A stretch of DNA of 64,000 nt from Candidatus Parcubacteria bacterium (lineage in GTDB: Bacteria > Patescibacteriota > Minisyncoccia > Phycocordibacterales > Zambryskibacteraceae): NCBI GenBank assembly GCA_019661785.1, contig JAIFWP010000001.1:11545-75544 (forward strand), given 5' to 3'. Below, one piece after another: positions 1 through 9,701 of the stretch (within the stretch, counting starts at the first letter, position 1; each line of letters opens with the position of its first letter). Both the position numbers and the translations under genes were made by a program. Under the pieces are notes generated by a model. That model was not told the origin of the DNA and searched no databases. It saw nothing but the letters and a program-made list of their open reading frames with translations.

Positions 1-2
1 CA

Positions 3-107
3 ATCAACATGTTCAATGGCCAGGATTTCGAAGGTCGCAAGCTAACGGTCAACGTGGCACGCCCCCTCGAGCCCCGCGCTCCGGGCATGAATCGCCGCCC
101 GATGTAA
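3..107 (+). CDS. RNA-binding protein, RRM/RNP-1 family (3' fragment, truncated by window edge)
   Basis: Translates as INMFNGQDFEGRKLTVNVARPLEPR...*, the typical end of a bacterial RRM protein. Confidence 0.85.
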   Translation: MNMFNGQDFEGRKLTVNVARPLEPRAPGMNRRPM

Positions 108-131
108 TCTAGGGCTTCGGCCCAAGATAAC

Positions 132-155
132 AAAAGCTCCCTTCGGGGAGTTTTT
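132..155 (+). terminator. Intrinsic terminator after the RRM gene
   Basis: AAAAGCTCCC-TTCG-GGGAGTTTTT hairpin with T run. Confidence 0.8.
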
Positions 156-160
156 GTTTG

Positions 161-189
161 TTGACATAAGTATTTATTTGTGATATTTA
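161..189 (+). promoter_or_regulatory. sigma70-type promoter of orphan unit A
   Basis: TTGACA 161-166, 17 nt, then a weak -10 TATTTA preceded by TG. Confidence 0.55.
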
Positions 190-238
190 TAGAAGCAGAT
201 ATTTGTTCACGTTCCGCATTGCGGACATACCAAGGACA

Positions 239-727
239 ATGATGGCGAAGCCAAGGGTTCCAAAGATTGAAGAAGTAAATGTTGAGGAGATGTGCGCCGC
301 TCTCCAAGTTGAGGGAGCCGACCATGAAGATGGTCTGCGGGCGGCCTTCTCCATGACTGAGAAATCTCGCATGCCGAGAAGGCCAAAAACGCTTCGTGGA
401 ATCGCCACTCTTACCAAGCTATACCGTGAGATGGCACAGGCAGATTCAATCCACACTGTTGGCCCACGTCGTAAGCTACTCGAGATGATCGACGAAGCGG
501 CGATGTCAATCCTGTCGAGGCTCAAGTACCACGGTGAAGCGCATTCGCTCTGGTGTGACTTGCCCCTCAACTCGAGAGCCAGTTTGCCAGCGTTTAGAAG
601 GTCTTTGGACTTTCTCACCACGCCAAGCCACTTCGAATTCTGGCTCCACGACTGTGGCGGTCCCAGGAGTGAATGGGGTCAAGAAGTGTTACGACGAGCT
701 TCGCTTCTCTACCTGAAGGATAACTAG
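239..727 (+). CDS. Hypothetical protein (orphan unit A)
   Basis: ORF from the track; start re-called to ATG 239/242 after AAGGA; lies between a promoter and a terminator. Confidence 0.7.
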   Translation: MMAKPRVPKIEEVNVEEMCAALQVEGADHEDGLRAAFSMTEKSRMPRRPKTLRGIATLTKLYREMAQADSIHTVGPRRKLLEMIDEAAMSILSRLKYHGEAHSLWCDLPLNSRASLPAFRRSLDFLTTPSHFEFWLHDCGGPRSEWGQEVLRRASLLYLKDN

Positions 728-739
728 ATTTTCGAAGAG

Positions 740-774
740 AAGCCGGATACGCAACACGCGTATCCGGCTTTTTT
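740..774 (+). terminator. Intrinsic terminator of unit A
   Basis: AAGCCGGATACGC/GCGTATCCGGCTT 13-bp stem followed by Ts. Confidence 0.9.
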
Positions 775-825
775 GTTTGTGTACTTGTCCCGCGGAGCTT
801 TAACGCAGTGGGATATAATAAGAAT

Positions 826-1257
826 ATGAAGAAGTTAGGGATTTTCATTATTATCCTTGTCTTGGCAGCAGTCGTAGCGACTTTTTGGCATAGAACATCT
901 AGAGGAGAGCTCAAGATTAGCGACTCTACTATACAAGTTGACATCGCTGACACTGACGCGCTTCGCGAGCAAGGGCTCTCTGGCAAGGAAGCGCTCTGTG
1001 CTGACTGTGGGATGCTCTTCGTCTTTGACTCAGCTAGCGAACCTGGCTTCTGGATGAAGGATATGAAGTTTCCCATTGACATAGTCTGGATAAGTGCTCA
1101 AAAGAAAATCGTCGGGGTCGAAAATTCGGTTTCTCCCACTTCTTACCCGGATGTCTTTTATCCAAAAGAGCCTGTTTTATACGTTTTAGAGCTGCCTGCC
1201 GGTTTTGTCCTTGAGAGGCATATTGACACAGGGGCAGAGGTGAATTTTAGTCTCTAA
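826..1257 (+). CDS. DUF192 family protein with N-terminal membrane anchor
   Basis: REQGLSG...GMLFVF...FWMKDMKFPIDIVWI...YVLELPAG motifs; TATAAT 814-819 lies 6 nt before ATG 826. Confidence 0.9.
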   Translation: MKKLGIFIIILVLAAVVATFWHRTSRGELKISDSTIQVDIADTDALREQGLSGKEALCADCGMLFVFDSASEPGFWMKDMKFPIDIVWISAQKKIVGVENSVSPTSYPDVFYPKEPVLYVLELPAGFVLERHIDTGAEVNFSL

Positions 1258-1325
1258 TCCACACTGTTTTTTAGGCCAAAAATCACTAAAATAGTGAGAC
1301 GAGTTTGTAATTATTTTCCTTATCT

Positions 1326-3947
1326 ATGGTCATCTACGTAACAAAGCGCGACGGCACCAAAATGCCTTGGAATGCCGACTATATCAACCGCTCCATCGAG
1401 CGAGAGACCAAGGGTCTGCCTGACCCGATATCGAAGGTCATCCAGATAGCGAACGACACCCGCCTCACTGTCTACGATGGCATCACGACAGACGCCATGG
1501 ACCAGGCGACTATCAACGCGGCAATACAAAACATCAAAGATGATCCTGATTTCGATAAGGTTGCTACACGCCTCTTCCTCAAGACTATATATAAGAAGGT
1601 TCTTGGCTGGTACGCTACCGACGACAGAGCCGAGCTTGAAGTAAGCCACCGAAACGGGTTTATAAAGTATGTAGAGGAGGGAGTGGCTGGCGGCCGCTTG
1701 CATCCAAACATGAAGGAGAAGTTCGACCTCGAACGCATCGCTGATGCTCTCAGGCTTGAACGCGACGACCTCTTCCTCTACTCTGGCGTCGACGGACTCA
1801 TAAACCGCTACGGCATCAAGGACTCAGAGCAGAGGCCTCTTGAGACTCCGCAGTACATCTTCATGCGCATAGCCATGGGCCTTTCCTACAATGAGAAAAA
1901 TCCTACAGAGTGGGCCATTCGCTTCTACGAGAAGATGTCTAAGCATGAGTACATAGCTGGCGGCTCGACTAACCTCGGTGCAGGCACAGTGCGCTCAGCG
2001 CTCTCGAACTGCTTCCTCCTAGAAATCCACGACAACATGGAGCACATCGCGAAGTCTGTCTCAGATGTGATGCTCCTCTCCAAGGGTTCTGGCGGTCTCG
2101 GCGCCTCAGTGACCAAGCTCCGCGCTGCAGGCTCGCCTCTGAAGTCGAATTTCGGCGGCGCCTCTACTGGACCAGTGACCTTCGCCAAGGTTATCGACAC
2201 CGCCATCCGCGCTATACAGAGAGGAGGCAAGAAGAAGGGCGCTCTCTGCTTCTACATGGAGAACTGGCACCTCGATTTCCCTGACTTCCTCGACTGGAAG
2301 CACAATGCCGGAGACGACTACCTCCGCATGCGTACGGCGAACACCGCGGCCTTCATCTCAGATGAGTTCATGAAGAGGGTTAAGGCCGGCGAGGACTGGT
2401 ATCTCTTTGACCCAGCAGAGACAGGTGACCTTAACGAGATATACGGCAAAGTCTTCTCTAAGCGCTACAACGACTATGTGGAGATGGCTGAGAGAGGCGA
2501 GATGAGGCAGTTCAAGAAGATGCCTGCCAAGGAGCTCTGGAGGAAGATGCTCGTAGCTCTCCAGACCACCTCGCACCCTTGGATAACCTGGAAGGATCCT
2601 ATAAACCTCCGCGCGCTGAACAACAACACCGGCACTATACATATGTCGAACCTGTGCACGGAGATATGCCTCCCTCAGGACAAAGACAACATCGCTGTCT
2701 GCAACCTCGCATCACTTAACCTCGCCGCTCACGTCTCAGAGAAGCAGGTTAACTGGCAGCGTTTAGAGGAGTCGGTCCGCTTGGCTGTCCGCCAGCTCGA
2801 CAACCTTATAGATATTAATAAGCTCTCAGTGCCTGAGGCAGAGAGAAGCGACAAGGAGAATCGCGCAGTCGGCCTCGGCGTCATGGGTCTCGCAGATGTC
2901 TTCGAACGACTAGGACTCGCTTACGACTCAGAGCATGCATACAACTTTGCTGACCGCATTTTCGAGTTCGTCTCGTACATGGCCATTGACGAGTCTGCTA
3001 GCCTCGCTCGCGAGAGAGGCAGCTACAAGAACTTCGACGGCTCGCGTTGGTCTAAGGGTATGGTTCCTATCGACACTCTCGACCTCCTTGAGGAGAGGAG
3101 AGGGGTTAAGCTCACTGTCGACAAGACCTCGCACCACAAAGGCCTCGACTGGAATATCCTCCGAGAGAAGGTGAAGGGAGGTATCAGGAACGCCACTCTC
3201 ATGGCTGTCGCTCCGAACGCGAACATCGGCCTCGTCGTGGGCACAGTGCCGGGCATCGACGCGCGCTTCTCGCAAGTGTTTTCCCGCAACAAGATTTCTG
3301 GAAAGTATCTCGACATCAACCACAACCTCGTCCGCGATCTTAAGAACATGGACTTGTGGGAGAAGGTCAAAGAGCGCATCATCTCTCTCCAGGGCGACAT
3401 CTCAACTATCGAGGAAATACCAGAGCATGTGAGGAAGATTTACAAGACTTCCTTCACCACTTCTCCTTATGCTTATGTGGAGGTGGCTGCCAGAGCGCAG
3501 AAGTGGGTTGACCAAGCTCTCTCGCGCAACATGTACCTAGAGACCCGCGACATCGACGAGACTATGAACATCTACGAGGCAGCGTGGGAGAAGGGCGTAA
3601 AGACCACTTACTACTTGCACATGAAGCCTCGACACACGGCCGAGCAGTCGACTGTGGCAGTGAACAAGGCTCATGCTATGGGCAAGAAGGGCTTCGGCGC
3701 TCTTAGTGTGAAGCCAGCTGAGCCGACTGTGAGCGAGCCTGTTGTGGCCGAGGCAGCAGAGCCTGCCCCAGCTCCCGCTGCGGTAGTGCGCGAGCCCGCC
3801 CGCCTCGCAAGCGAGAGCGTTGCGGACAGGCCAGTACGTGTCGAGCGCGTTGAGAGTGAGCCAGTAGTCGTGGTAAAGTCGAGCGGTCTCAAGGTCCACA
3901 TGCCCGAGAATCCAGCCGATGCCAATATTTGTGACGATTGCCAATAA
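1326..3947 (+). CDS. nrdA: Ribonucleotide reductase class I alpha subunit with ATP cone
   Basis: VTKRDG ATP cone, SNCFL, SNLCTEI, APNANI, KTTYY, C-terminal CDDCQ. Confidence 0.97.
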   Translation: MVIYVTKRDGTKMPWNADYINRSIERETKGLPDPISKVIQIANDTRLTVYDGITTDAMDQATINAAIQNIKDDPDFDKVATRLFLKTIYKKVLGWYATDDRAELEVSHRNGFIKYVEEGVAGGRLHPNMKEKFDLERIADALRLERDDLFLYSGVDGLINRYGIKDSEQRPLETPQYIFMRIAMGLSYNEKNPTEWAIRFYEKMSKHEYIAGGSTNLGAGTVRSALSNCFLLEIHDNMEHIAKSVSDVMLLSKGSGGLGASVTKLRAAGSPLKSNFGGASTGPVTFAKVIDTAIRAIQRGGKKKGALCFYMENWHLDFPDFLDWKHNAGDDYLRMRTANTAAFISDEFMKRVKAGEDWYLFDPAETGDLNEIYGKVFSKRYNDYVEMAERGEMRQFKKMPAKELWRKMLVALQTTSHPWITWKDPINLRALNNNTGTIHMSNLCTEICLPQDKDNIAVCNLASLNLAAHVSEKQVNWQRLEESVRLAVRQLDNLIDINKLSVPEAERSDKENRAVGLGVMGLADVFERLGLAYDSEHAYNFADRIFEFVSYMAIDESASLARERGSYKNFDGSRWSKGMVPIDTLDLLEERRGVKLTVDKTSHHKGLDWNILREKVKGGIRNATLMAVAPNANIGLVVGTVPGIDARFSQVFSRNKISGKYLDINHNLVRDLKNMDLWEKVKERIISLQGDISTIEEIPEHVRKIYKTSFTTSPYAYVEVAARAQKWVDQALSRNMYLETRDIDETMNIYEAAWEKGVKTTYYLHMKPRHTAEQSTVAVNKAHAMGKKGFGALSVKPAEPTVSEPVVAEAAEPAPAPAAVVREPARLASESVADRPVRVERVESEPVVVVKSSGLKVHMPENPADANICDDCQ

Positions 3948-3992
3948 TAAATAATCAAATAATATGCGAGTTTACGAGCAATCAAAAATAGC

Positions 3993-5030
3993 ATGCTGAT
4001 AGGGAAGCCCAGTCCGGACGATATGAACCTGCACCCACTGCGTTACCAGTGGGCCTATGACCTATACAACCAAGCAGTGAGGAACACTTGGTTTCCTCAC
4101 GAGATAGCTCTTAAGGAGGACCTAGACGACTGGCAGAAGATGACGGAGGATGAGAGGCACGCTGTTAAATTCCTCATGGCCTTCTTCAACCCGGCAGAAC
4201 TCATAGTGAACCGCTCCATAGCGCTTGGTATATATCCGTACCTAAAGAGCCCTGAGTGTCACCTCTATCTCGCCAAGCAGATGTGGGAGGAGGCCAACCA
4301 CTGCGTGGCCTTCGAGTACGTCCTGCAGACCTTCCCATTCGATAAGGAGAAGATATTTGAGCTCCATCTTGGCGTGCCGTCTATGGTTGCCAAGGAGGCT
4401 TATATCAATAAGTACATGAAGAGGATGACCGAGGATACTCTCGACATTGAGACGACCGAGGGCAAGAAGGACTTCCTCCGGAACCTCGTAGCTACGAACA
4501 TCGTCATGGAGGGTATCTGGTTCTACTCCGGCTTCATGGTGGCCTTGTCCTTCCGCCAGAGGAATCAGCTGCGCAACTTCGGCTCGATGATCAACTGGGT
4601 CCTGCGCGACGAGTCTCTCCATCTCAAATTCGGAATGAACCTGGTACACAATATCTTGGAGGAGAATGGTGACTTGCTCACAGAGGGCTTTGCCGCGGAG
4701 ATACGCGATATCGTGATAGAAGGTGTTAACCTTGAGACCGCGTACAACAAGGACCTTTTCCCGCAGGGTATCCTCGGCCTCAATGCCGACTATGTGAACC
4801 AGTATGTGCAGTACGTCGCTGACCGACGCCTTGAGGAGTTAGGCTTACCTAAGCACTATAACGTAACCAACCCTGCCAAGTGGATGGCTACCTCGACCGA
4901 TGTCTACGAACTGGTGAACTTCTTCGAGGCACAGAACACCTCCTACGAAGTGGATGGCCACAGCGCCACAGTGAAGAAGGAGGTCAAACCGGAGGACTTC
5001 CCAAGCGTGCCTGCAGGAGTGGGGGAGTAG
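3993..5030 (+). CDS. nrdB: Ribonucleotide reductase beta subunit, class Ic-like (R2c)
   Basis: EEANH, MEGIWFYSGF, RDESLH, NFFE; Phe107 at the radical-Tyr position and Glu69 as first ligand. Confidence 0.95.
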   Translation: MLIGKPSPDDMNLHPLRYQWAYDLYNQAVRNTWFPHEIALKEDLDDWQKMTEDERHAVKFLMAFFNPAELIVNRSIALGIYPYLKSPECHLYLAKQMWEEANHCVAFEYVLQTFPFDKEKIFELHLGVPSMVAKEAYINKYMKRMTEDTLDIETTEGKKDFLRNLVATNIVMEGIWFYSGFMVALSFRQRNQLRNFGSMINWVLRDESLHLKFGMNLVHNILEENGDLLTEGFAAEIRDIVIEGVNLETAYNKDLFPQGILGLNADYVNQYVQYVADRRLEELGLPKHYNVTNPAKWMATSTDVYELVNFFEAQNTSYEVDGHSATVKKEVKPEDFPSVPAGVGE

Positions 5031-5057
5031 CCCCAGGCCTCGTGATATAATTTTGGC

Positions 5058-6026
5058 ATGACAATACGAGTAGCAATCAACGGTTTCGGCCGTATCGGCA
5101 GGGCGTTTTATAAATTGGCAAAAGAGAATCCAGAGCTCACGGTCGTCGCAGTGAACGACTTAGCCGACAAGGCCAATGTCGAGTATCTCTTGAAGTTCGA
5201 CACCGTCTACGGACAGTGGAAGGGCAAGTTTGATGCGCAGTATGTAAGCGAGGCAGACCCAACTAAGCTCCCATGGAAGGATTTGAATATTGATGTCGTG
5301 GTCGAGTCTACCGGCCGCTTCACTAAGGGCGGAGCAGAGGGGCACATCACAGCCGGAGCGAAGCGCGTAGTCATCACTGCGCCAGTTACGGAGGGCGCCG
5401 AGACAGTGTTAATGGGTATCAATGAGGAGAAGCTAGCTACATGCACCATATCCTCAAACGCATCCTGCACGACTAACGCAGCCTCGCCCGTGCTCGCTAT
5501 ACTCGATGAGGCCATAGGCGTAGAGAAGGCCATCCTCAACACTGTACACTCGTACACAGCCTCGCAGGGCATAGTCGATGGTCCAAACAAGAAGGATTTC
5601 CGCGAGGGACGCGCCGCCGCGCAGAATATCGTACCTTCATCTACCGGTGCAGCCATTGCAGTGTCCAAGGCCCTCACACAGCTCGAAGGCAAATTTGACG
5701 GTATATCCATCCGCGTACCGACGGTCATAGGTTCCATTGCTGATATCACATTCATCTCTAAGCGGCCTACGACTGTTGAAGAGGTCAACAAGATAATGAC
5801 CGACGCCTCGCATACTGATAAATGGAAGAAGATATTCGAAGTAACGAGCGAGCCGATAGTCTCCTCCGACGTCCGCGATGCCGCGCATGCGTCTATAGCA
5901 GATTTGAACTTCACCCGAGTAGTCGGCGGCAATTTGGTGAAGGTCCTCGCCTGGTACGACAACGAGATGGGGTACACCCACACCCTTGTGGATCATGTTA
6001 TTAAACTCGGTAAAAGCATTATATGA
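5058..6026 (+). CDS. gap: Glyceraldehyde-3-phosphate dehydrogenase type I
   Basis: INGFGRIGR, SNASCTTN, WYDNEMGY. Confidence 0.97.
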   Translation: MTIRVAINGFGRIGRAFYKLAKENPELTVVAVNDLADKANVEYLLKFDTVYGQWKGKFDAQYVSEADPTKLPWKDLNIDVVVESTGRFTKGGAEGHITAGAKRVVITAPVTEGAETVLMGINEEKLATCTISSNASCTTNAASPVLAILDEAIGVEKAILNTVHSYTASQGIVDGPNKKDFREGRAAAQNIVPSSTGAAIAVSKALTQLEGKFDGISIRVPTVIGSIADITFISKRPTTVEEVNKIMTDASHTDKWKKIFEVTSEPIVSSDVRDAAHASIADLNFTRVVGGNLVKVLAWYDNEMGYTHTLVDHVIKLGKSII

Positions 6027-6053
6027 AAGAACAAGGAACTATCTGGAATTAGT

Positions 6054-6503
6054 ATGAAAATATTTATTGGCTCAGATCATCGAGGCTTTGAGCTTAAGAG
6101 TATGCTCAAGTTCTATCTTGAGGCGGCAGGCTATGAAGTCATAGACAAAGGTGCTCACGAGTACAATGAGTCTGACGACTATCCAGACTTCATCATCCCA
6201 GTAGCCGAGGCGGTGACGGGCGACGCAGAAGCCAAGGGCATCATCATAGGCAAGTCAGGAGAGGGGGAGGCGATATGCGCTAATAAGGTGAGGGGCATTA
6301 GGGCAGTGGTCTACTATGGACACGAGCCAGAGCTTCTAAGACTCACTCGCAAGGACAACGATGCTAATGTGCTCTCTCTGGCATCAGGCTTCTTCCTTTC
6401 TAACGAGGATGTGAAGAGCGCGGTCAAGATGTGGCTCGAGACCCCATTTACGAACGATGAGAGGCATGTGAGGAGGCTCGCTAAGATCGACCAAATAAAA
6501 TAA
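6054..6503 (+). CDS. rpiB: Ribose-5-phosphate isomerase B (RpiB/LacA/LacB family)
   Basis: IGSDHRG, DYPD, ANKVRGIRA, NDANVLSL, RHVRR. Confidence 0.92.
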   Translation: MKIFIGSDHRGFELKSMLKFYLEAAGYEVIDKGAHEYNESDDYPDFIIPVAEAVTGDAEAKGIIIGKSGEGEAICANKVRGIRAVVYYGHEPELLRLTRKDNDANVLSLASGFFLSNEDVKSAVKMWLETPFTNDERHVRRLAKIDQIK

Positions 6504-6510
6504 CAGACTC

Positions 6511-7068
6511 ATGGCTGACATTATCCCGGCAGTATTGGCCAAGAGTGCTGAGGAGATGCGCGAGAAGCTCGCCGCGATACCGAGTGAGGTACAAATGGTC
6601 CACATAGACGTGCTTGAGGACGATGTGTGCGCCGACTTCTCTAAGCCTTTCGAGGCGCATCTCATGGTTTCTGACCCGCTGCCCATTATGGAGCGCTGGA
6701 TAAAGAGGGGAGCCAAGAGGATCATCGTGCACAAACTCTCAAGAGAGGTACTCGAATACAAAAGGCAGGTCGAGATAGGGCTTGGAGTCGAGATGCAGGT
6801 GCCTATTGAGGAAATCTTGCCGCTCTCGCGTGATGTATCCTTCGTACAGCTTATGTCTATAGCGGAGATGGGAGAGCAGGGGCATCCGTTGGATGAGAGA
6901 ATATTTGATAGAATAAAGGAGTTAAGGGAGGTCTATCCGGATACGGTCATAAGCGTCGACGGTGGAGTGAATGCATCTAACTTCGAAAGGTTGCGAGATG
7001 CAAAGGTAGACAGACTCGTAGTGGGTAGCGGCTTCCAAGAACTATGGACATCACAGATGAAAAAGTAA
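6511..7068 (+). CDS. rpe: Ribulose-phosphate 3-epimerase (short form)
   Basis: HIDV, EAHLMV, QLMS, SVDGGVN, VVGS; operon context. Confidence 0.85.
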   Translation: MADIIPAVLAKSAEEMREKLAAIPSEVQMVHIDVLEDDVCADFSKPFEAHLMVSDPLPIMERWIKRGAKRIIVHKLSREVLEYKRQVEIGLGVEMQVPIEEILPLSRDVSFVQLMSIAEMGEQGHPLDERIFDRIKELREVYPDTVISVDGGVNASNFERLRDAKVDRLVVGSGFQELWTSQMKK

Positions 7069-7907
7069 TTGAGTTAGAGGAGAAGGCCAACCAGATACGC
7101 CTTTCTATCATTGAGATGCTCCTTGAGGCCAAGAGTGGGCACACTGCCGGGCCGCTTGGCATGGCGGATATTTTCACCACTCTCTTCTTCCATACGATAA
7201 GACATAACCCGAAGAAGCCTGATTGGCCCGAACGGGACAGGCTCGTACTCTCTAATGGCCACATTTGCCCCGTCTATTACTCGACACTAGCTCATGCCGG
7301 ATACATCCCGCTCGCAGAACTTAAGACTCTGCGCAAATTTGGCTCGCGCTTGCAGGGCCATCCGCACAGAGACTTCTTATCCATACTTGAGACCTCCTCC
7401 GGTCCGCTTGGCTCGGGCCTCTCCCAGGCTGTTGGTATGGCTCTTGCTGACCGCATGGATGCCAAGGAGGACAAGAGGCGTATATATAGCCTCCTCTCAG
7501 ACGGCGAGCATGATGAGGGGCAGCTCTGGGAGGCAGCTATGCTCGCAGGGAAGAACAAGTTAAGGAACATCACTGCAGTCGTTGACCGCAATAACATCCA
7601 GATAGACGGCTTCACCGAGGACATCATGCCGCTCGAGTCTTTGTCTGAAAGATGGAAGGCCTGGAATTGGCATGTGATAGAGATAGATGGTCACAATATA
7701 AGAGAGATTGTAGACGCCTTCGAGAAGGCCAAGGCTATATATGAGAAGCCGACGGTGATTATTGCGCACACTATCCCGGGCAAAGGGGTTAAAGAATTCG
7801 AGCGCGACTATCGCTGGCACGGCAAGCCGCCAAACGTCGAGGAGGGCAAAATGGCCATTGCCGAACTGCGCACTCTTGGAGGGAAAATCAAATCCGAACA
7901 CCAATAA
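7044..7907 (+). CDS. Transketolase N-terminal (ThDP-binding) subunit
   Basis: SGH, DRLVLSNGH, LQGHP, SGPLGSG, DGEHDEG, HGK. Confidence 0.95.
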   Translation: MDITDEKVIELEEKANQIRLSIIEMLLEAKSGHTAGPLGMADIFTTLFFHTIRHNPKKPDWPERDRLVLSNGHICPVYYSTLAHAGYIPLAELKTLRKFGSRLQGHPHRDFLSILETSSGPLGSGLSQAVGMALADRMDAKEDKRRIYSLLSDGEHDEGQLWEAAMLAGKNKLRNITAVVDRNNIQIDGFTEDIMPLESLSERWKAWNWHVIEIDGHNIREIVDAFEKAKAIYEKPTVIIAHTIPGKGVKEFERDYRWHGKPPNVEEGKMAIAELRTLGGKIKSEHQ

Positions 7908-8887
7908 TGCTTAATCCTGATTTAAAACTGAATAAGAAGATGTTCGACGAGAAGGTGGAGCAAGTGCCCATACGCAAGGGTTTTGGCGAGGGCTTGGTGC
8001 AGGCGGGGGAGGAGGACCCTCAGGTGGTCGTACTCTGTGCCGACCTAACGGAATCTTCTCAAGCACTATATTTTAAAGAAAAATTCCCCAACAGATTTGT
8101 CGAAGTCGGCGTAGCAGAGCAGAACTTGGCTTCTGTAGCGAGCGGTATGGCAGCTATGGGGAAAATCCCTTTCATCACCTCATACGCCATGTTTAGCCCT
8201 GGGCGCAACTGGGAGCAGATACGCACCACCATTGCGTACAACAACAGGCCCGTGAAGATTGCGGGCTCGCACGCGGGCATATCCGTCGGTCCCGATGGCG
8301 GTACGCACCAGGCCATTGAGGACATCGCTATCACTAGAGTCATACCACGTATGGTAGTCATCTCTCCATGTGATGCTCTAGAGGCGCACAAGGCCACAGT
8401 CGCAGCTGCTAAGACCGACACTCCTGTATATATAAGACTCGCAAGAGAGAAGACGCCTGTTATGACCACTGATGCAACGCCGTTTGAGATTGGTAAAGCC
8501 CAAATTTTCTGGAAATCTGATAAACCTCAAGTAGGTATCATCGCAACGGGTGCGCTCTTGCATCAGGCGCTCCGCGCTGCGAAGGAGCTCCAGGATAAAA
8601 TAAATATCGAAGTGTTAAACTTGTCTACCATAAAGCCCCTGGACGAAAAAGCAATCATCGATTTGGCCAAGAAAGCTGGAAGGATTATCACCGTCGAGGA
8701 GCACCAGATACGCGGCGGCATGGGGAGCGCTGTAGCAGAGTGTCTGGCTAAGCACTCCCCAGTTCCTATGAGGTTTATAGGTGTAGATGACCAGTTCGGC
8801 CAGTCGGGTACGCCCGAGGAGCTCATAGAGCATTACGGAATGGGGAAGAAGGCTATTATTGAAGCTGTAAAGGATCTAATAAAATAA
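7907..8887 (+). CDS. Transketolase C-terminal subunit
   Basis: ADL, GVAEQN, DGGTHQ, VEEH; TAATG coupling to the N-terminal subunit. Confidence 0.95.
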   Translation: MLNPDLKLNKKMFDEKVEQVPIRKGFGEGLVQAGEEDPQVVVLCADLTESSQALYFKEKFPNRFVEVGVAEQNLASVASGMAAMGKIPFITSYAMFSPGRNWEQIRTTIAYNNRPVKIAGSHAGISVGPDGGTHQAIEDIAITRVIPRMVVISPCDALEAHKATVAAAKTDTPVYIRLAREKTPVMTTDATPFEIGKAQIFWKSDKPQVGIIATGALLHQALRAAKELQDKINIEVLNLSTIKPLDEKAIIDLAKKAGRIITVEEHQIRGGMGSAVAECLAKHSPVPMRFIGVDDQFGQSGTPEELIEHYGMGKKAIIEAVKDLIK

Positions 8888-8888
8888 T

Positions 8889-9701
8889 ATGAAGAAGTTA
8901 ATAATACTTAGTTTGGTTCTAGTTATAGTCCCTCAAATAGCCATGGCTGCTTGGTGGAATCCTTTTAGCTGGGGTATTTTCCACAGGGCCGAGAGAGCAA
9001 ATGAGGCTATGATAACGAATGCCGAGAAAAAGGCAGACAAGCCTATTCCCGATGCTAAACCAACGGCATCTCCTTTAACGGGAGTAGCGCCCCATACGGT
9101 CAACTTCTCCATACCTCTCACGAAGGGCTTTAATTATGGTGGAGTTTATTACACAATCGCTTACGGAGATGGCGGGGCGGCTGGTTTTGATGTATGCACA
9201 ACTTCGTGTCCTCAGCATCTAACTCTATCGCATGCATACGCAGCTGGAACTTACACTGCTGTCATCACACTCAGAACGCAATGTGGATCATGGGAGTGCC
9301 TGGGGCCGAGCAAAGAGGCGGCAAGATTCAACATAGTTGTCTCAGAAAACACTAGCGTTCAGGCCCCAATTAAGACCATCAATAAACTTTCCGGTGTTTA
9401 TAATTATTCGAACGGAGGACTCGGCTTCCTGATACCGCAATACCACCTTGGGACGCACGAGGTGAGCCACTTTATAACTGTAACGTTTAGGAACCAGAGC
9501 GAGGCATTGAAGATGCTCAAGATTGACGTATCAAAGACATGCGATAAGGGCCTCTCGACAAGTATCGGCGGGTCTACAGTTGATACTATCGAAGTCAGCG
9601 GCTACGATAATGAAAAAGCGGTTAAAGATTGGAAAGAGGAAGTAGTCTTTGAGCGAGTTGTTTCAGCTTCAGCTCCAGTATTGAGTTGTGCTACGAACTA
9701 A
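8889..9701 (+). CDS. Secreted hypothetical protein with a PKD/Ig-like domain
   Basis: Signal peptide followed by AAWWNPFSW; PLTGVAPHTVNFS...YGDG...SHAYAAGTYTA resembles a PKD domain. Confidence 0.75.
   Translation: MKKLIILSLVLVIVPQIAMAAWWNPFSWGIFHRAERANEAMITNAEKKADKPIPDAKPTASPLTGVAPHTVNFSIPLTKGFNYGGVYYTIAYGDGGAAGFDVCTTSCPQHLTLSHAYAAGTYTAVITLRTQCGSWECLGPSKEAARFNIVVSENTSVQAPIKTINKLSGVYNYSNGGLGFLIPQYHLGTHEVSHFITVTFRNQSEALKMLKIDVSKTCDKGLSTSIGGSTVDTIEVSGYDNEKAVKDWKEEVVFERVVSASAPVLSCATN

Noticed and set aside
1290-1302. CACTAAAATAGTG palindrome upstream of nrdA as an NrdR box
   Set aside because: One base shorter than the NrdR consensus spacing, no tandem second box, and it may simply contain the -10 TAAAAT
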